In this document: one piece after another, positions 46,365 through 61,569 of the stretch
Numbering within the stretch: position 1 is the stretch's first letter
Layout: each line of letters starts with the position of its first letter
The notes under the pieces: generated by a model
What the model was told of the DNA's origin: nothing
What the model saw: only the letters and a program-made list of their open reading frames with translations
The model's database searches: none
NCBI RefSeq assembly: GCF_009914755.1
Contig: NC_060931.1
Origin: the human T2T-CHM13v2.0 reference genome, Homo sapiens
DNA length: 64,000 nt
Direction: 5' to 3' (one strand)
Translations under genes and position numbers: made by a program

Positions 46365-47150
46365 AGCTACTGGTCATGGTTCTTTGCCTTGTGAGGTGAC
46401 CTAAATATTCATTTCTGAGGAGTCTGGACCACTGGTGTCGTCCTGCCTGAACTACGTTGTTATAGGTTTTCATTGACTTTAATCATAAGACATGGTAGGA
46501 TTAAGAAATATCCTAAGGTATCTCCTGTATCCCACGCATACTCCTTCTTACCTCCACTGTGTAGTAGGGGCATTATTTCCCACTGGCAATCAGTATAAAT
46601 CACCCCAGTCAGTACAGTAACCCACTTCTTTGTCTGTTGATTCAGAGGCATGGGAAGCACGAAGTGGCATGGCAGCAGTTTTAACTTTTCATTCAATACA
46701 ATTATTGCTGTGTCTCCTGGTGGAATATTTCTTTTTCTTTGAATCTAAGCAGAATTTTGCAAGTGGATATCTAGGGCTAATGGCACTCCCCTTTTCGCCC
46801 CTTGAGTGAACCTGTAAATCCTGGATTTGAGGGAAAGTAAATAGCATTATAGATTGGGTGCTGATTTGGGTCATATACAAACTCCTGAAGGACTTTTTCC
46901 CACCCTGCAAAGTATCACCACTTACACAGCAATGTAAGTTAGTCTTCACAAGGCTGTACCACTATTCTATCAAGTCAGCTGTTTCAGAATAATGAGGAAC
47001 ATGAAAAGGACAGTGAACTCCATGAGTATGAACCTATTGCTGTACTTCATTTGCATGTCTCAGGGTCCTGCCCACAGAGAGGGTTTTCCTTCACTGGTAT
47101 CCATTAGGAATATCCTGGAAATGAGTTGCAACTGTCCATACAGGTAATCT
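46365..47150 (-). mobile_element. ERV-L (class III) internal fragments: integrase tail and dUTPase remnant
   Basis: ORF 46460..46696 (KLKLLPCHFVLPMPLNQQTKKWVTVLTGVIYTDCQWEIMPLLHSGGKKEYAW) resembles ERV-L dUTPase. 46689..46949 contains YPLAKF, like the ERV-L integrase C-terminus. Confidence 0.8.
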
Positions 47151-47995
47151 TCTCTATATCATGGCCAATATTAGGTCTTCAAATCCATTGCTTTTTTCAT
47201 TTATTTAGGTTATCTTTAGTTTCTTTGAGAAGTAGTGTGTAGTTTAAATGTAAAGATCTTATACAAATTTTACTTCATTCTTATGTAATCAATTTGTTAA
47301 AATTGATATTTTTCAGATTTTATTCTCCAATTATAAAAAAATTTATATTAACTATTTATTTTGCTATCTTGCAAAATTTATTTCATGGTACCACTTTTTT
47401 TTGTAAACAACTTAAGATTTGTTCATGTTTAGAATAATGACACATTTGAATAAATACTTTTTTGGTCTTTCTAATTGTTCCAGTTTTTTCTTTTATTTAT
47501 TGCATTATTACTCTGGGTAGCCTGCCTGGTTTAATGTTGAGTAGGAGTACTGAAGGCAGACATTTGTTGTTTTTGATTTTTACTTGGTTTTGAAGTTAAT
47601 GTGAAAGTACTTAATATTTTATCATTAAATATAGCATTCATTCTAGGCTTTTAGTAAACATTCCTTGAAATTCTGGGGGAGTTCTGTTTCTAATTGGTTG
47701 CGAGTTTTGTTTTGTTTTGCAATGTTACGTTCTGTCAAATGTTATTTATACATCTATAAAAATAATTATATATTTATTCCCCTTGAGTTTCTTAATATAG
47801 TAAATAAACTTGATTAATTTTCAAATGTTATAACAACCTCAATTACCTTTTATGACCCTTTTATATATTGATAAATTTAAATTTGCAATGATTTTTTAAA
47901 AATTTTCCCTATATTTATGATAAATATTATTTTTTAATTTTATTTCCTTGGAACATTTTTGTCAAGGTTTGGTAAGTGAAATATACTGAGCCCAG
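47150..47995 (-). mobile_element. L1ME-like ORF2 remnant
   Basis: atttatttaggttatctttagtttcttt, aatgttgagtaggagtactgaaggcagacat, and ttttgtcaaggttttggta. Confidence 0.6.
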
Positions 47996-48002
47996 CAAAT
48001 AA

Positions 48003-50045
<2,043 letters not shown>

Positions 50046-50467
50046 TAATGCTTCACCTGATTTGCTTTTTCCAGTAATTCAGAACATATTATTGCAGCAG
50101 TAAGACCTGCTGAGGCAGTTTCTTCTGCAAGTTTTTTGTTTGTTTGTTTCACAGAGCTCTGTTCTTTTGAAGTTTTTGGGTTTTTTTATTTTTATTTTTT
50201 AGCACATTCTGTCTCTCTTTAAGTGCAATGCACTTTATTCCTTGTTTCACTTTCACATAACTTAGTAAAACGCTAGAACAATTTCAGATTATGAATATTA
50301 TTTTAGATTAACATTTATATTATCAAACTGATTACATACCTATATACTCCAAATGAAACTTAATCTAGAATCACCCCATTATTATTATAAGTAGAACTAA
50401 AATTATGGTTTCCCTGATTCGATTTATGAGAAAAAATTTCAGACAAATCATTTAAAAATACATGTTT

Positions 50468-52319
50468 TACTGAATGGGCAAAAGCTGGAAGAATTTCCCT
50501 TGAAAACCAGCACAAGACAAAGATGCCCTATGTCACCACTCCAGTGCAATATAATATTGGAAGTTCTGGCCAGTGAAATCAGGACAGAGGAAGAAATAAA
50601 GGGTATTCAAACAGAAAGAGAGGAAGTCAAATTATCTTTGTTTGCAGATGACATGAACCTATATCTAGAAAACCATATCGTCTTAGCCCAAAAGCTTCTT
50701 AAGCTGATAAGCAACTTCAGCAAAGTCTCAGGATACAAAATCAATGTGCAAAAATTGCTAGCATTCCTATCCAGCAACAGGCAAGCTGAGAGCCAAATCA
50801 CTAATGAAATCCCATTCACAATTGCTAAAGAAAGAATAAAATGCCTAGAAATACAGCTAACAAGGGAACTGAAGGACCTCTTCAAGGAGAACTACAAACC
50901 ACTGCTCAAACAAATCAGATAGAACATATACAGGTGGAAAAATATTGCATGTTCATGGATGGGAAGGCTCTACATTGGGAAAATGGATATACTGCCCAAA
51001 GTAGTTTATAGTTCAATGCTATCCCCATTAAACTACCACTGACATTATTCACAGAATAATGGATTCCCTGTTTAATAAATGGTGCTGGGATAACTGGCTA
51101 GCTATATGCAGAAAATTGAAACTGGACCCTTTCCTTACACCACATACAAAAATCAACTCAAGATGGATGAAAAACTGAAATGTAAAATCCAAAACTATAA
51201 AAACCCTAGAAAAAAATTGTAGGCAATACCATTCAGGATGTAGGCACAGGCAAAGATTTCATGACAAAAATACCAAAAGCAATTGCGAAAACTGATAAAT
51301 GTGATCTAATTCAACTGAAGAGCTTCTGCACAGCAAAAGAAGCTGGCATCAGAGTGAACAGACAACCTACAGAATGGGAGACAATTTTTGCAATCTATCC
51401 ATCTGACAAAGGTATAATATCCAGAGTCTATAAGGAACTCAAAAAATTTGCAAGAGAAAAAAAAAACACTAAAAAGTAGGCAAAGGACACGAACAGACAC
51501 GTCTCAAAAGAATGCATGCTTGCAACTAACAAATGTGAAAAAAAAGCTCAACATCACTGATCGTTAGAGAAATGCAATTCAAAACCAAATGTGATACCAC
51601 CTCATGACAGTCAGAATGGCTATTACTAAAAAGTGAAAAAACAACAGATGCCGGAGAGGATACAGAGACAAAAAAATGCTTTTGCACTGTTGGTGCGAGG
51701 GCAAATTAGTTCTAGCATTGTGGATGACAGTCTGGCGATTGCTCGAAGACCTAGAGGCAGAAATACCATTTGACCCAGCAATCACATTACTGAGTATATA
51801 ACCAAAGGAATATAAAACATTCTGTTATAAGGATACTTGCATGCATATGTTCATTGCAGCACTATTCACAATAGCAAAGACATGGAATCAACCTAAATAA
51901 ATGCCTATCAATGTTAGACTGGATGAAGAAAATGTGTTACATATATACCATGGAATACTATACAGCCATAAAAAGGAATGAAATTATTTTCTTTTCAGGG
52001 ACATGGATGGATTTGGAAGCCATTATCCTCATCAAACTAATGCAGGAACAGAAAACCAAACACCACGTGTTATCATTCATAAGTGGGAGCTGAATGATGC
52101 GAATACATGGACACACTGCGGAGAATAACACACACTGGGCCTGTCGAGAGGTGGGGTGAAGGGAGGGAGAGCATCAAGAAGAATAGCTAATGGATGCTGG
52201 GCTTAATACCTAGGTGATGGGATGATCTTTACAGCAAAACACCATAGCATACATTTACCTATGTAACAAACCTGCACATCCTGCACATGTACACCTGAAC
52301 TTAAAAGTTGAAGAAAAAA
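50468..52319 (+). mobile_element. L1PA11-13-like 5'-truncated LINE-1 with ~260-bp internal deletion
   Basis: ORF 50500..50922 ([12 protein letters not shown]). 3'UTR ends ctgaacttaaaagttgaagaaaaaa. Degenerate TSD AAAAATACATGTTTTA (50454-50469) / AAAAGTGCAGGTTTTA (52316-52331). Confidence 0.92.
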
Positions 52320-52749
52320 GTGCAGGTTTTAAAATTTAATAGGCAAATCTAAATTAATATTATTATACAACTATGGTGGCTGAAATTGATTTTTGTGGTA
52401 TTCAGACTGCTTAATAAACCTGATAACAACCACATTACTAATGTTTAAAAGGATGGTATTTGTTAAGATTCTTAATGGTTTACCTTGCACAAAGTATAGA
52501 GATACATCTAATTAATTATTTCTAGTTTGTATAGAAATTAAAAAGTTCTCAAAATATTAAACATAAGGAGTTGCACTATGATAATATATGGAAATTGGTG
52601 TATGTTTTTTAACTGTGAACTTAGTCATTAAATTATTTTGGATTTATTGTAGGCTACAGTATCGCAATAAAATTAGAGATAGTCTCTAGATAAGAAGGCT
52701 CATTTCTATAATAAAATAGGTGACAACACACAAAAAACAACAAAAACAC

Positions 52750-53565
52750 AAGGCTGCTAAACATTTTCATCTAGATGTTCTATATGTAACTCAGCACATT
52801 TGAAGTTTAATTTATCGCAGACCTCCTCAATCTGTTCTTCCTAATATATGTCTGATTTCAGTAAATGAGACTATTTGCCATCCTGTTGCCAAAGTCACAG
52901 ATATGATTCTCATTTTTTCATTTCTCATATCTCATTTCAAAGGAGCTAAAACTCCTGTTTTATATTTCCTGATTACTTTTCTGAAGTAGGCACTTCTTCC
53001 CTACTGCTATCACCTGGTGCTGGATTCCGCTAATTGTTGTGATAACTTCTTAGTTGTGCTCTCTGCCTTCCATTTTGTCTCTGTCTCCATTTCACTTCCA
53101 TAAGGGTAATATCATTCTAAGGAACTCTAGTGGCTTTATGGGAATTTCTGTGTAAGATTGGTTTGATGTGAAGCTACGCTTGTATTATTTGTTTGTAATA
53201 AGATTTTGAAACCATTATTTTATTAAATGAAGAGAAAAATTTGAGATGGGTAAACGGCTATTAAATTCCTTTGAGATGTCCCTTGGAGCCATATCTACAA
53301 AAAAAAAAAAAAACACCTTTCATCATAACTACCTCCTGTTTAAATCCCTTCAGTGAGGCTCCATTATTCTCCCTGCAGCATGCTTTAGAAGACCCTTTGA
53401 GATTTGACACCTCCTTCAAAGTCTTATCTTCCTAATACTCTTTTGATTGTTCTGTCTGCATTAGCCAAATATAGCGCTTTCATAACTCTCAATAGGACAG
53501 AGCCTTTGAACATCATCTTCTGTGCCTATAACATACTCCTAAAATATCTGGCTAATTCCCCTGTG
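52750..53565 (+). mobile_element. L2 remnant interrupted at about 53121-53313
   Basis: catctagatgttc, tttcagtaaatgagactat...ccatcctgttgccaaagtca, and cctgtttaaatcccttcagtgaggctccatt. Confidence 0.55.
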
Positions 53566-55221
53566 TATTTAGGAGGGCATTGTGTGTAATGTCAAAGGAG
53601 CAGACAATGATGGCAAACTGGGAGGAACTGGATTAAACCTCTAACACTCAACTGTGGTGTAAACTTTACTAAATCTTTACTCGTACCCATATATAAAGAG
53701 ACTTTGCATTAAGATGAGCCCAAAGTGTTTCCATGAAAATGAAACTTTTGTACATATTTAACAATAAGGATTACTTTAAATGCCTGCTTAAATTATTTAA
53801 ATTTTTATATAAAATACATTCATATTTCAATTTATGAATAACCTTTTCTACCTTATATGTATTTTTCATACATTTATTTTTATAAAACTCTTTATATGAC
53901 CATTTCTCATAACCTCCAAGATGCCCTTTGGAGCCACATATGATACTCTTTTGTTCTGTTCTGAGTACATCTTACCTGTGTTGTGATGCTGTTTGAGGTT
54001 CAAAACTTTTAAAATTAATGTATAATGTTGTAATTGGAAAGTTTATTTTAAATCTCAATAAAAGTTTGTCTAAAACAAATTATTACCATATTTATTGTCT
54101 TCATGGATCAATAATATTTGTGAAGACATTGTAGATAAAATTATACCTTTATTAGATGATCCTCTGAGGTGGGAGCTTAGCATGTTGCACTTTTTGCGTA
54201 ACACTTCTGAGACTTAAACTTTGCATATAATTTGTATGAATTACATTTTAAATACATTGGTCAGCTGCTGAATCTTGTTAAAATGTACTCCCAGCAGCTA
54301 ATGTGGTATATATCACACGATAGTACCTAATCAATACATATATTTTTTGACATTTTGAAGAAGTTGTTGGATCTGGTATGTATTACTTGGGTAGAGCCAA
54401 TCATTTCTGCTGAAAATTAGTGTTGGTATATAAAAATAAGAGATTCCCAGTTATTTAGCCTCAGCAAACTGCCCTATTCTGATATGTGTGAGACAGATAG
54501 TTTTATATAAACTATAGTTATTTACCCAATGCACATGCTACCATTCCTTACTAACAGACTGTCACATTTTGAAATAAGTCTAGAAGAATATGTGGGGAGT
54601 AATGTCTGATAAATTAGACTCCAGCAACATGTCCTTGGTGAAAATGAGCAAGACAACAGTTAAATAAGCTCTGTTAACAACAGTTGGAGGGATTAATAGC
54701 AGCAACATCTAAGCAACCTTCCGAACGCTAGCTTCATAAAATTTTTACCTGACTTTCTTCTCCTCAAGACTTTCTTCTAAACCTAAAGTTAGTATTCCCG
54801 CCTTTAGCTCATCCATTACAGCACTCTGGATATAACCACTTGAAACTGTTTTGTGTGATTATTTCTAAATCTTTTTATGCCTATTTTTCTCCTGCAAATC
54901 ATATATTGATAGTTCATTTTAAATGTCTGATACTGTTTATGCTATTCAGGAATTTTTGTTTTGTACTTAAATAATCTAGAAATTATCTAGGTAGCTTTCT
55001 ATGACTGTGTGTGTGTGTGTGTGCATGTGTGTGAGTGTGCGGGCATGCATACATGGGTGCATGTCTTTTTGCTTAGGTATGGCATCACAATTTATAGTAT
55101 GGTACATAAATTACTTACTGGTGCTCAACCATTTAACATTAAAATTAAATATTCTAAATACACATTCATAGACGTTGAAGTTTGGAGTTAAAGTATATGA
55201 ATTTTAAGCACATAAAAACTT

Positions 55222-55352
55222 GGCCGGACATGACTGTGCACACCTCTGGTCCCAGCCACTCGGGAGGCTGAGGTTGAGCCCAGGAGGTCAAAGCTGCAGC
55301 GAGCAGTGATCCCATCACTCCACTCCAGCCTGGGCAACAGAGCAAGACCCCG
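55222..55352 (+). mobile_element. FRAM/FAM-like Alu monomer with internal deletion, followed by (GA)n
   Basis: ggccggacatg...gtcccagccactcgggaggctgagg|ttgagcccaggaggtcaaagctgcag...ccagcctgggcaacagagcaagaccc. Confidence 0.85.
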
Positions 55353-55799
55353 TTTCAATAAAAGAATAAAAGAGAGAGAGAGAGAACTGACAACTTGCCA
55401 ACCAACAATTTTGAAACAAATCTGTTAGATCATTTGTTTATCAAGTATTTGACATTATTCTTGTCCACTCAGGAAAAAAACAGGTCTTAACAACCTTTAT
55501 TTTAGCAAAAAAAAAAAAAAAAAAAAAAAGCTTCTTTGATTAGGAAATAAAATTTCCTAAATAGAATTTCTATTTTCCACAATTTACATTTATCTCTTTG
55601 TGTGCTGTGTGCTCTGCCTTTCTTATTAAAAACGCTTCTACAGAAGCATGGCTACCCTTTGCTGTCTGTTCATATTTAGGATAGGGAAATGAATAACAAA
55701 TTGGAAGATTTATGTATGTGTGCCAGAGTCTTTCAACAATTGACTTCACTGATAGATCTTTTAGCAGGCTATTTTTAAAAATACACATATTTTATGTCT

Positions 55800-56915
55800 T
55801 TTTAAAAAATAATTTCAACTTTTATTTTAGAGTCAGCGGTTACATGTGCAGCTTCTTTTATGTGGGTACATCGTGTAATGCTGATGTGTGGGGTACAATT
55901 GAGCCTTTCACCCAAGTAATGAGCATAGTACACAATGGTTAGTTTTTCAGCCCTTGCTCTTCTCCTTCCCTCCACCGTCTAGTAGTACTCAGTGTGTATT
56001 GTTGCTATATTTGTCCATGTTTACCCAATGTTTTGGTTTCATACATAAGTTAGAACATGTGGCATTTGATTTTCTGTTCCTGTATTTATTGGTTTAGGAT
56101 AATGGACTCTAGCTGCATCCATATTGCTGCAAAGGATATGATTTCATTCATTATTATAACTGCACAATATCTCATGGTGTGTATGTACCACATTTTCTTT
56201 ATCCAATGTACCATTAATGAGCTCCTAGGTTGATTCTGTGTCTTTGCTGTGGTGGGCAGTGCTACAATGAACATACAACTGAATTCGTCTTTTTGGTAGA
56301 ATGATTTATGTTCTTCTGGGTATATATTCAATAATAAGATTACTGGTAGTGCTATTCTAGGTATATATTCAATACTGGTAGTAGTTCTGTTTTAGGTTCT
56401 ATGAGAAATCACTAAACTGCTTTCCACAATGGCTTACCTAACTTACACTCCCACCAACAATATGTAAGCCTTCCCTTTCCTCCTCAGCCTTGCCAGCATC
56501 TGCTGTCTTTAACTTTTTAATAATAGGTATTCTGACACCTGTAAGATGGTATCTTATTGTGGTTTTAATTTGCATTTTTCTGAATGTTAGTGATGAGCAT
56601 TTTTTCACTGCTTGTAAGCCACCTGTATATCTTCTTTTGAGAAGTGTCTGTTCATGTCCTTTGACCAATTTTAATGGGATTATTTGTTTTTTTCCTATTG
56701 AAGTGTTTAAGTTTCTTATAGATTCTACATGTTAGATCTTTGTCAAATGCATTATTTGTGAATATTTTCTCCCATCCAGTAGGTTCCCTGTTTACTCTAT
56801 TGATAGTTTCTTTTGCTGGGCAGGTATTCTTTAGTTAATTAGGTCCAATTTTTCAATTATCATTTTTGTTGAAATTGCTTTTGAGGACTTACTCATAAAT
56901 TATTTTCCAAGTCTG
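55800..56915 (-). mobile_element. L1PA15/16-like 5'-truncated LINE-1
   Basis: 3' end tgtaatgctgatgtgtggggtacaattga...cacccaagtaatgagcatagtac. ORF2 remnants 56086..56331 and 56438..56668. Confidence 0.88.
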
Positions 56916-56947
56916 CTATTATTTGAAGTATATACTTTAACATAGTC

Positions 56948-57270
56948 TAAGTTATGCTATGGTAGGCAACCAAAAACTTCAGAATTTGAATGTCTTTAGG
57001 CAACTACATGTCTACTATATATTAAGAGTTGTCTTTTTCATCTTATTGTCACTCAATGATCATGCTACCTGAGGCTCTTTTATCTGATATACATCTCGAC
57101 ATAGCAGCAGGGAGAGGCAAACATACAGAGAATCACTGCTGGATCTTAAATGCATCTATATCTGAATAAGAAAGATTATTTCAGTTAATATGTCATTGAG
57201 TCTCATGACCACAACTAACTTTGAGGAGGTAAAAACATGTAATCCTCCTAATGCACAGAAGTACTTCTGA
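56948..57270 (-). mobile_element. Very old MLT1(I/J)-like LTR remnant
   Basis: taagttatgctatggtaggcaacc and tcatgaccacaactaacttt...aaatgtaatcc-like motifs; weak match. Confidence 0.3.
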
Positions 57271-57829
57271 GCAGTGCTAATACTTTCCATAATTATGCCA
57301 TATTCATTTGGGCTTCTCTCTCAGCTTATTAGACTACCCATAGAACAACCTCCTACGATTCTATTTTCAGCATGTATACTCAACCTTTAATAAAATAAAA
57401 TTTAATACTAACTTTTTTTAAAGAAAAGAAGATACACTTAACAATAATACTCCAGCATTAAATATTCTAATATCATATTCTTTTTAAAAATGTAATTTCA
57501 AGTAGCAATTAAACTAATCAAAATTCAGAATATTAGAACATTCTTTAAGGTTTAATATTTTGCTAATTTGTTCAGTGTCTTAAAGGCAACATATAAGATT
57601 AACAGACATCTGTAATAACTTTTAGTTTTTTCTATCAGAAATTTGAGGATTTTTGAGTTACTCCTTTCCAGGCAATTTAACAAGAAGGCTTGGATATACT
57701 TTATCAAATTATTTTTAATTAATCTTGGCCACTACATCAATTGCTTTTTAGGGAAGAAGAGATGTTAGATAGTACACTAAAATATTATAATGTTATTAGA
57801 TCACATTTTAGATTTCAAGTAGCTAAGGA

Positions 57830-58157
57830 ACAGTGATTCCTTTGTAAACAGAAGAATCATACCTGGATTATGGCTTAACAGCATCATTTTGGTTGTTTTC
57901 TAGAGAACAAAGTGTATAATAACAATATGAGATTGTGGAGACATGTTAGAAAGGTACTGAAATAATACAGAAGATAAATGATAGCAATTTGGACAAGGGC
58001 AGCGTTAGTGATAGAAAGTGGCCACATTCTAGACAGTTGCTGTTGGTAGGTTCAAGTAGATCCGCAGATATATTTGGATGAATACATTAGGAAATTCAAG
58101 GATTTTTCTTTTTTAATTTTTAAGTTTTTAAAAATTTTTTTCTGGGTACATTATTAG

Positions 58158-58199
<42 letters not shown>

Positions 58200-59090
58200 G
58201 GGGTATATGAGACATTTTGATATAGGCAGGCAATGTGAAATAAGTGTATCATGGAGAGTGGGATAGCCCCTCAAGTATTTATTCTTTGAGTTACAAACAA
58301 TCCTATTACACTTTTGAATTTAGTTATTTTAAAATGTACAATTAAGTTATTACTGACTATGATTACCCGATTGTACTGTTGAATAGTAGGTCTTATTCAT
58401 TATTTCTAATTATTTTGTGTACCGATTAAGCATCCCATCTTCCCCCAACCCTTCTATTACCCTTCCTGTCTTCTGGTCACCATTCTCTACTCTCTATGTC
58501 TATCAGTACAATTGTTTTGATTTTTAGATCTCACAAATAAATGAGAACATGCGATGTTTATCTTTCTTTGCCTGGCTTATTTCACTTAACATGTTCTCCA
58601 TTTCTATCCATGTTGTTGCAAATGACAGGATCTCATTCTTTTTATGGCTGAACAGTACTTCATTGTGTATATGTAACACATTTTCTTTACCCATTCATCT
58701 ATTGATGGACACTTAGGTTGCTTTCGAATCTTAGCTATTATAAACAGTGCGTAAGAAAAATAGAAATGCAGGTATTTCTTTGATATACTGATTTTTAAAC
58801 GTTTCTTTTCTACTTATGAAGGAATGGATTTATAAATAATTTATTTTTATTTATTGTAATTAGAATGTAGGAACATATTTGAGAGAATCAAAAGCAGATG
58901 ACTAATATAGAGGTAGTTAGATAAGAACGGATTCAGGAAGAATTTGAAACAAGAAATATACATTTGGGAGATATCGGCATAATAAAGGTATTTTACCTAG
59001 GAAGCAAATAGAGAAGAAGAACATTTCTAGGATAATGTCTTGGAGAGAACTTATACTTTCAGGTTAAGAAGAGGAGAATCCAGCAAGGGA
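57830..59090 (-). mobile_element. L2 remnants flanking the L1MA insertion
   Basis: ggagacatgttagaaaggtactgaaataatacagaagataaatgatag, gaatatacatttgggag, and gaagaggagaatccagcaaggga. Confidence 0.5.
58108..58794 (-). mobile_element. L1MA1/L1MA2 5'-truncated fragment with internal (TA)~17
   Basis: gcaatgtgaaataagtgtatcatggagagtggg 3' end. TSD GATTTTT at 58101-58107 / 58790-58796 at a TTTT/AA site. Confidence 0.88.
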
Positions 59091-60906
59091 TAAATATCAT
59101 CAAAAGGATTTGTGTAATGATTAAATCTAAATTCCTGAAGAATGAATAGATGTGGAATTGCTCCAAATCCCTATCTAATATTGATTTCTAATCGGACCAG
59201 TTGTTTACTAAGAAAGAGGGAAATGAATGTTTTACATACTTATGACAGCATTATATCTCATCTCATCCCTAGTTCTGAGTAGGTGCAACATTCTCCGGAC
59301 ATATTTTGAATTTTCCCTTCTCTATCATTTAATTTTCTTTTCTCTGCCTTATTTTTCCCTCCAACCAAGGTGGTAACAAGATTTAAACAGACAGAAAAAA
59401 TTTAGGTGTTGAGGATTCATTGAACAGGGAGAAATACTCCACTGTGACCTTCAGGCTTTTCAGTTTTTTTTATTTTTTGCACCACAACTATGTCTCCTCT
59501 AACCTTAATGATAAAACATATAAATTAAATGAACATTAGTTATATGCAAATATTTATCAGTTAAATTCTGCTAAATTGGATATATGAATTTCAAGGTACA
59601 TTTGTAGGCATAACTTAACTAAGAATTTATCTAAATATTTTGAATAATTTCAGTCAAAGCTCAACATTTTGTTGACTAGTAAGTGGGAAGTGCAATAAAG
59701 GTAACAAAACTATCAAGATAACAGTCTCAACTTTAATGTAATTTGAAATAAGTAGATAACAGATGTGACAAAATCAGTTTGATATATTTGTGTTACATCT
59801 AAAAGTTATGTAATATTTGTTTCATACCCACATGGTAAAATTATAACCACTTTGGTAAACAAGGCTTTTCAATATTTTGTTAATTACTTGATGGTCACCT
59901 AAGAAAAGACTTATATGGGCCTGTGTAAGAAATGTGGAAAAGAAATATTTGGAAGAGGATTCTCTAAGAGATTATTGTGAAACATTACAAACACAATGAA
60001 GATTCATTTTTAATTTTAAACATTTTAATCAGTTAAAACCCTTTTGTAAATCTTAAACATATTCCATAAATTCTGAAATTGCTGTCTGAACTGTTGATTA
60101 AGAGATAAAATTGCTTGTCAATTTGAATATAGGTATCTGAAGTATTGAACACTAGGAAAATATGACAAGTAAAATGTAAACAGCTCTATAAACTAGATGT
60201 CTGGTAAAATTGTGATAATCAATTTTACTATTTTTGGACTTGAAAGATAAATAAATCTAAAATGGAAATTTTTACAGATTTTGCTTTAAGTCTTGGTGTG
60301 TGTGTGTGAGTTAAATGGTAGATTTCATTAAATGTCCATGTACTTCAATTTGAAATTATGTAATATTCTGGGCTTTATGAAGACACTTAAGAGAATTTAG
60401 AGTATACTTGCTGATAGCCACCAAACACTTTCCCAATAAAACTGGAAATACCTTTTAAAATTATTATTGAGGATCTCTAGGTTGTAGAATTCTCTCTTTG
60501 CCTTGACCTAAAGTAAACTGGTGTTCTGATTATGAGAGAAATATAAAACACAATTAAATTCAATTAAATAAAATACATTTTTATGTTTTGTTTTTTAACT
60601 TAACTATGAACTGTCTTTGAAAGACTTGGTCTCTTTCGCAAATTCTTTTTAGTAAAATTCTACATGTAAAATATGGTACACTTTTTAGAAATTCTTCTAA
60701 CTCAAACCTCAAATTCTAGTATGGGTTATTGATTCATCTTTTCTCTCAATCTTGCATGTCTAAAATGGTATTACAATGTTCTCTATCAAAATTTAAACTA
60801 CAGATAATTTAACTGTATACATAACAACTTCTATATAATAAGATGCATATACATATATATGATATACATACAAACAGAAGCACACACACACATATAAATG
60901 TGTATA

Positions 60907-61248
60907 TAGCCATGCATCACTTAACGATGAGGATATATTCTGAGTCATATAAAGTTAGATGATTTTGTCATTGTGCAAACATCATAAAGTGTACTTACAC
61001 AAACCTAGATGTTATAGCCTACTACACACCTAGGTTAAATGGTATAGGCTATTGCTCTTAGGCTACAAACCTCTATGGCATGTTACTGTACTGAAAACTG
61101 TAGGCAATTGTAACACAATGGCATTTGTTTATCTAAACATATTTAAACGTGGAAACATCATAGTAAATATACAATATCATAGTTTTAAGGGACACAGTCT
61201 ACATGTGGCCCCTTATTGACTGAAACATTGTTATGAGCTGCATGACTG
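60907..61248 (-). mobile_element. Tigger3a MITE, full length
   Basis: TIRs tagccatgcatcacttaacga / tgttatgagctgcatgactg. Internal cacaaacctagatgttatagcctactacacacctagg. About 340 bp. Confidence 0.88.
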
Positions 61249-61264
61249 TTTATAGACATGACTG

Positions 61265-61494
61265 TTTATATATATATAAACATATATATGTTTATATATA
61301 ATATATAAACATATATATGTTATATATGAATATATATAACATATATATGTTATATATGCAATATATATAACATATATATGTTATATATGCAATATATATA
61401 ACATATATAAACATATATATACATATATAAACATATATAAAGCATATATATAAACATTAACCCATCCATGTACACATTCACATTTTATTTCCAG

Positions 61495-61538
<44 letters not shown>
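61265..61538 (+). repeat. AT-rich minisatellite with palindromic AACATATATATGTT units, then (CA)n
   Basis: Read directly from the sequence. Confidence 0.9.
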
Positions 61539-61539
<1 letters not shown>

Positions 61540-61569
61540 TTTATTTACTTTCCAACTGTATATTTACTT

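Noticed and set aside
55507-55529. A23 tract as a retrocopy tail
   Set aside because: No upstream element, poly(A) signal or TSD is recognisable; treated as a mononucleotide run.
61265-61455. Palindromic repeats as a CRISPR-like array
   Set aside because: No unique spacers; simple TA-derived minisatellite in primate DNA.
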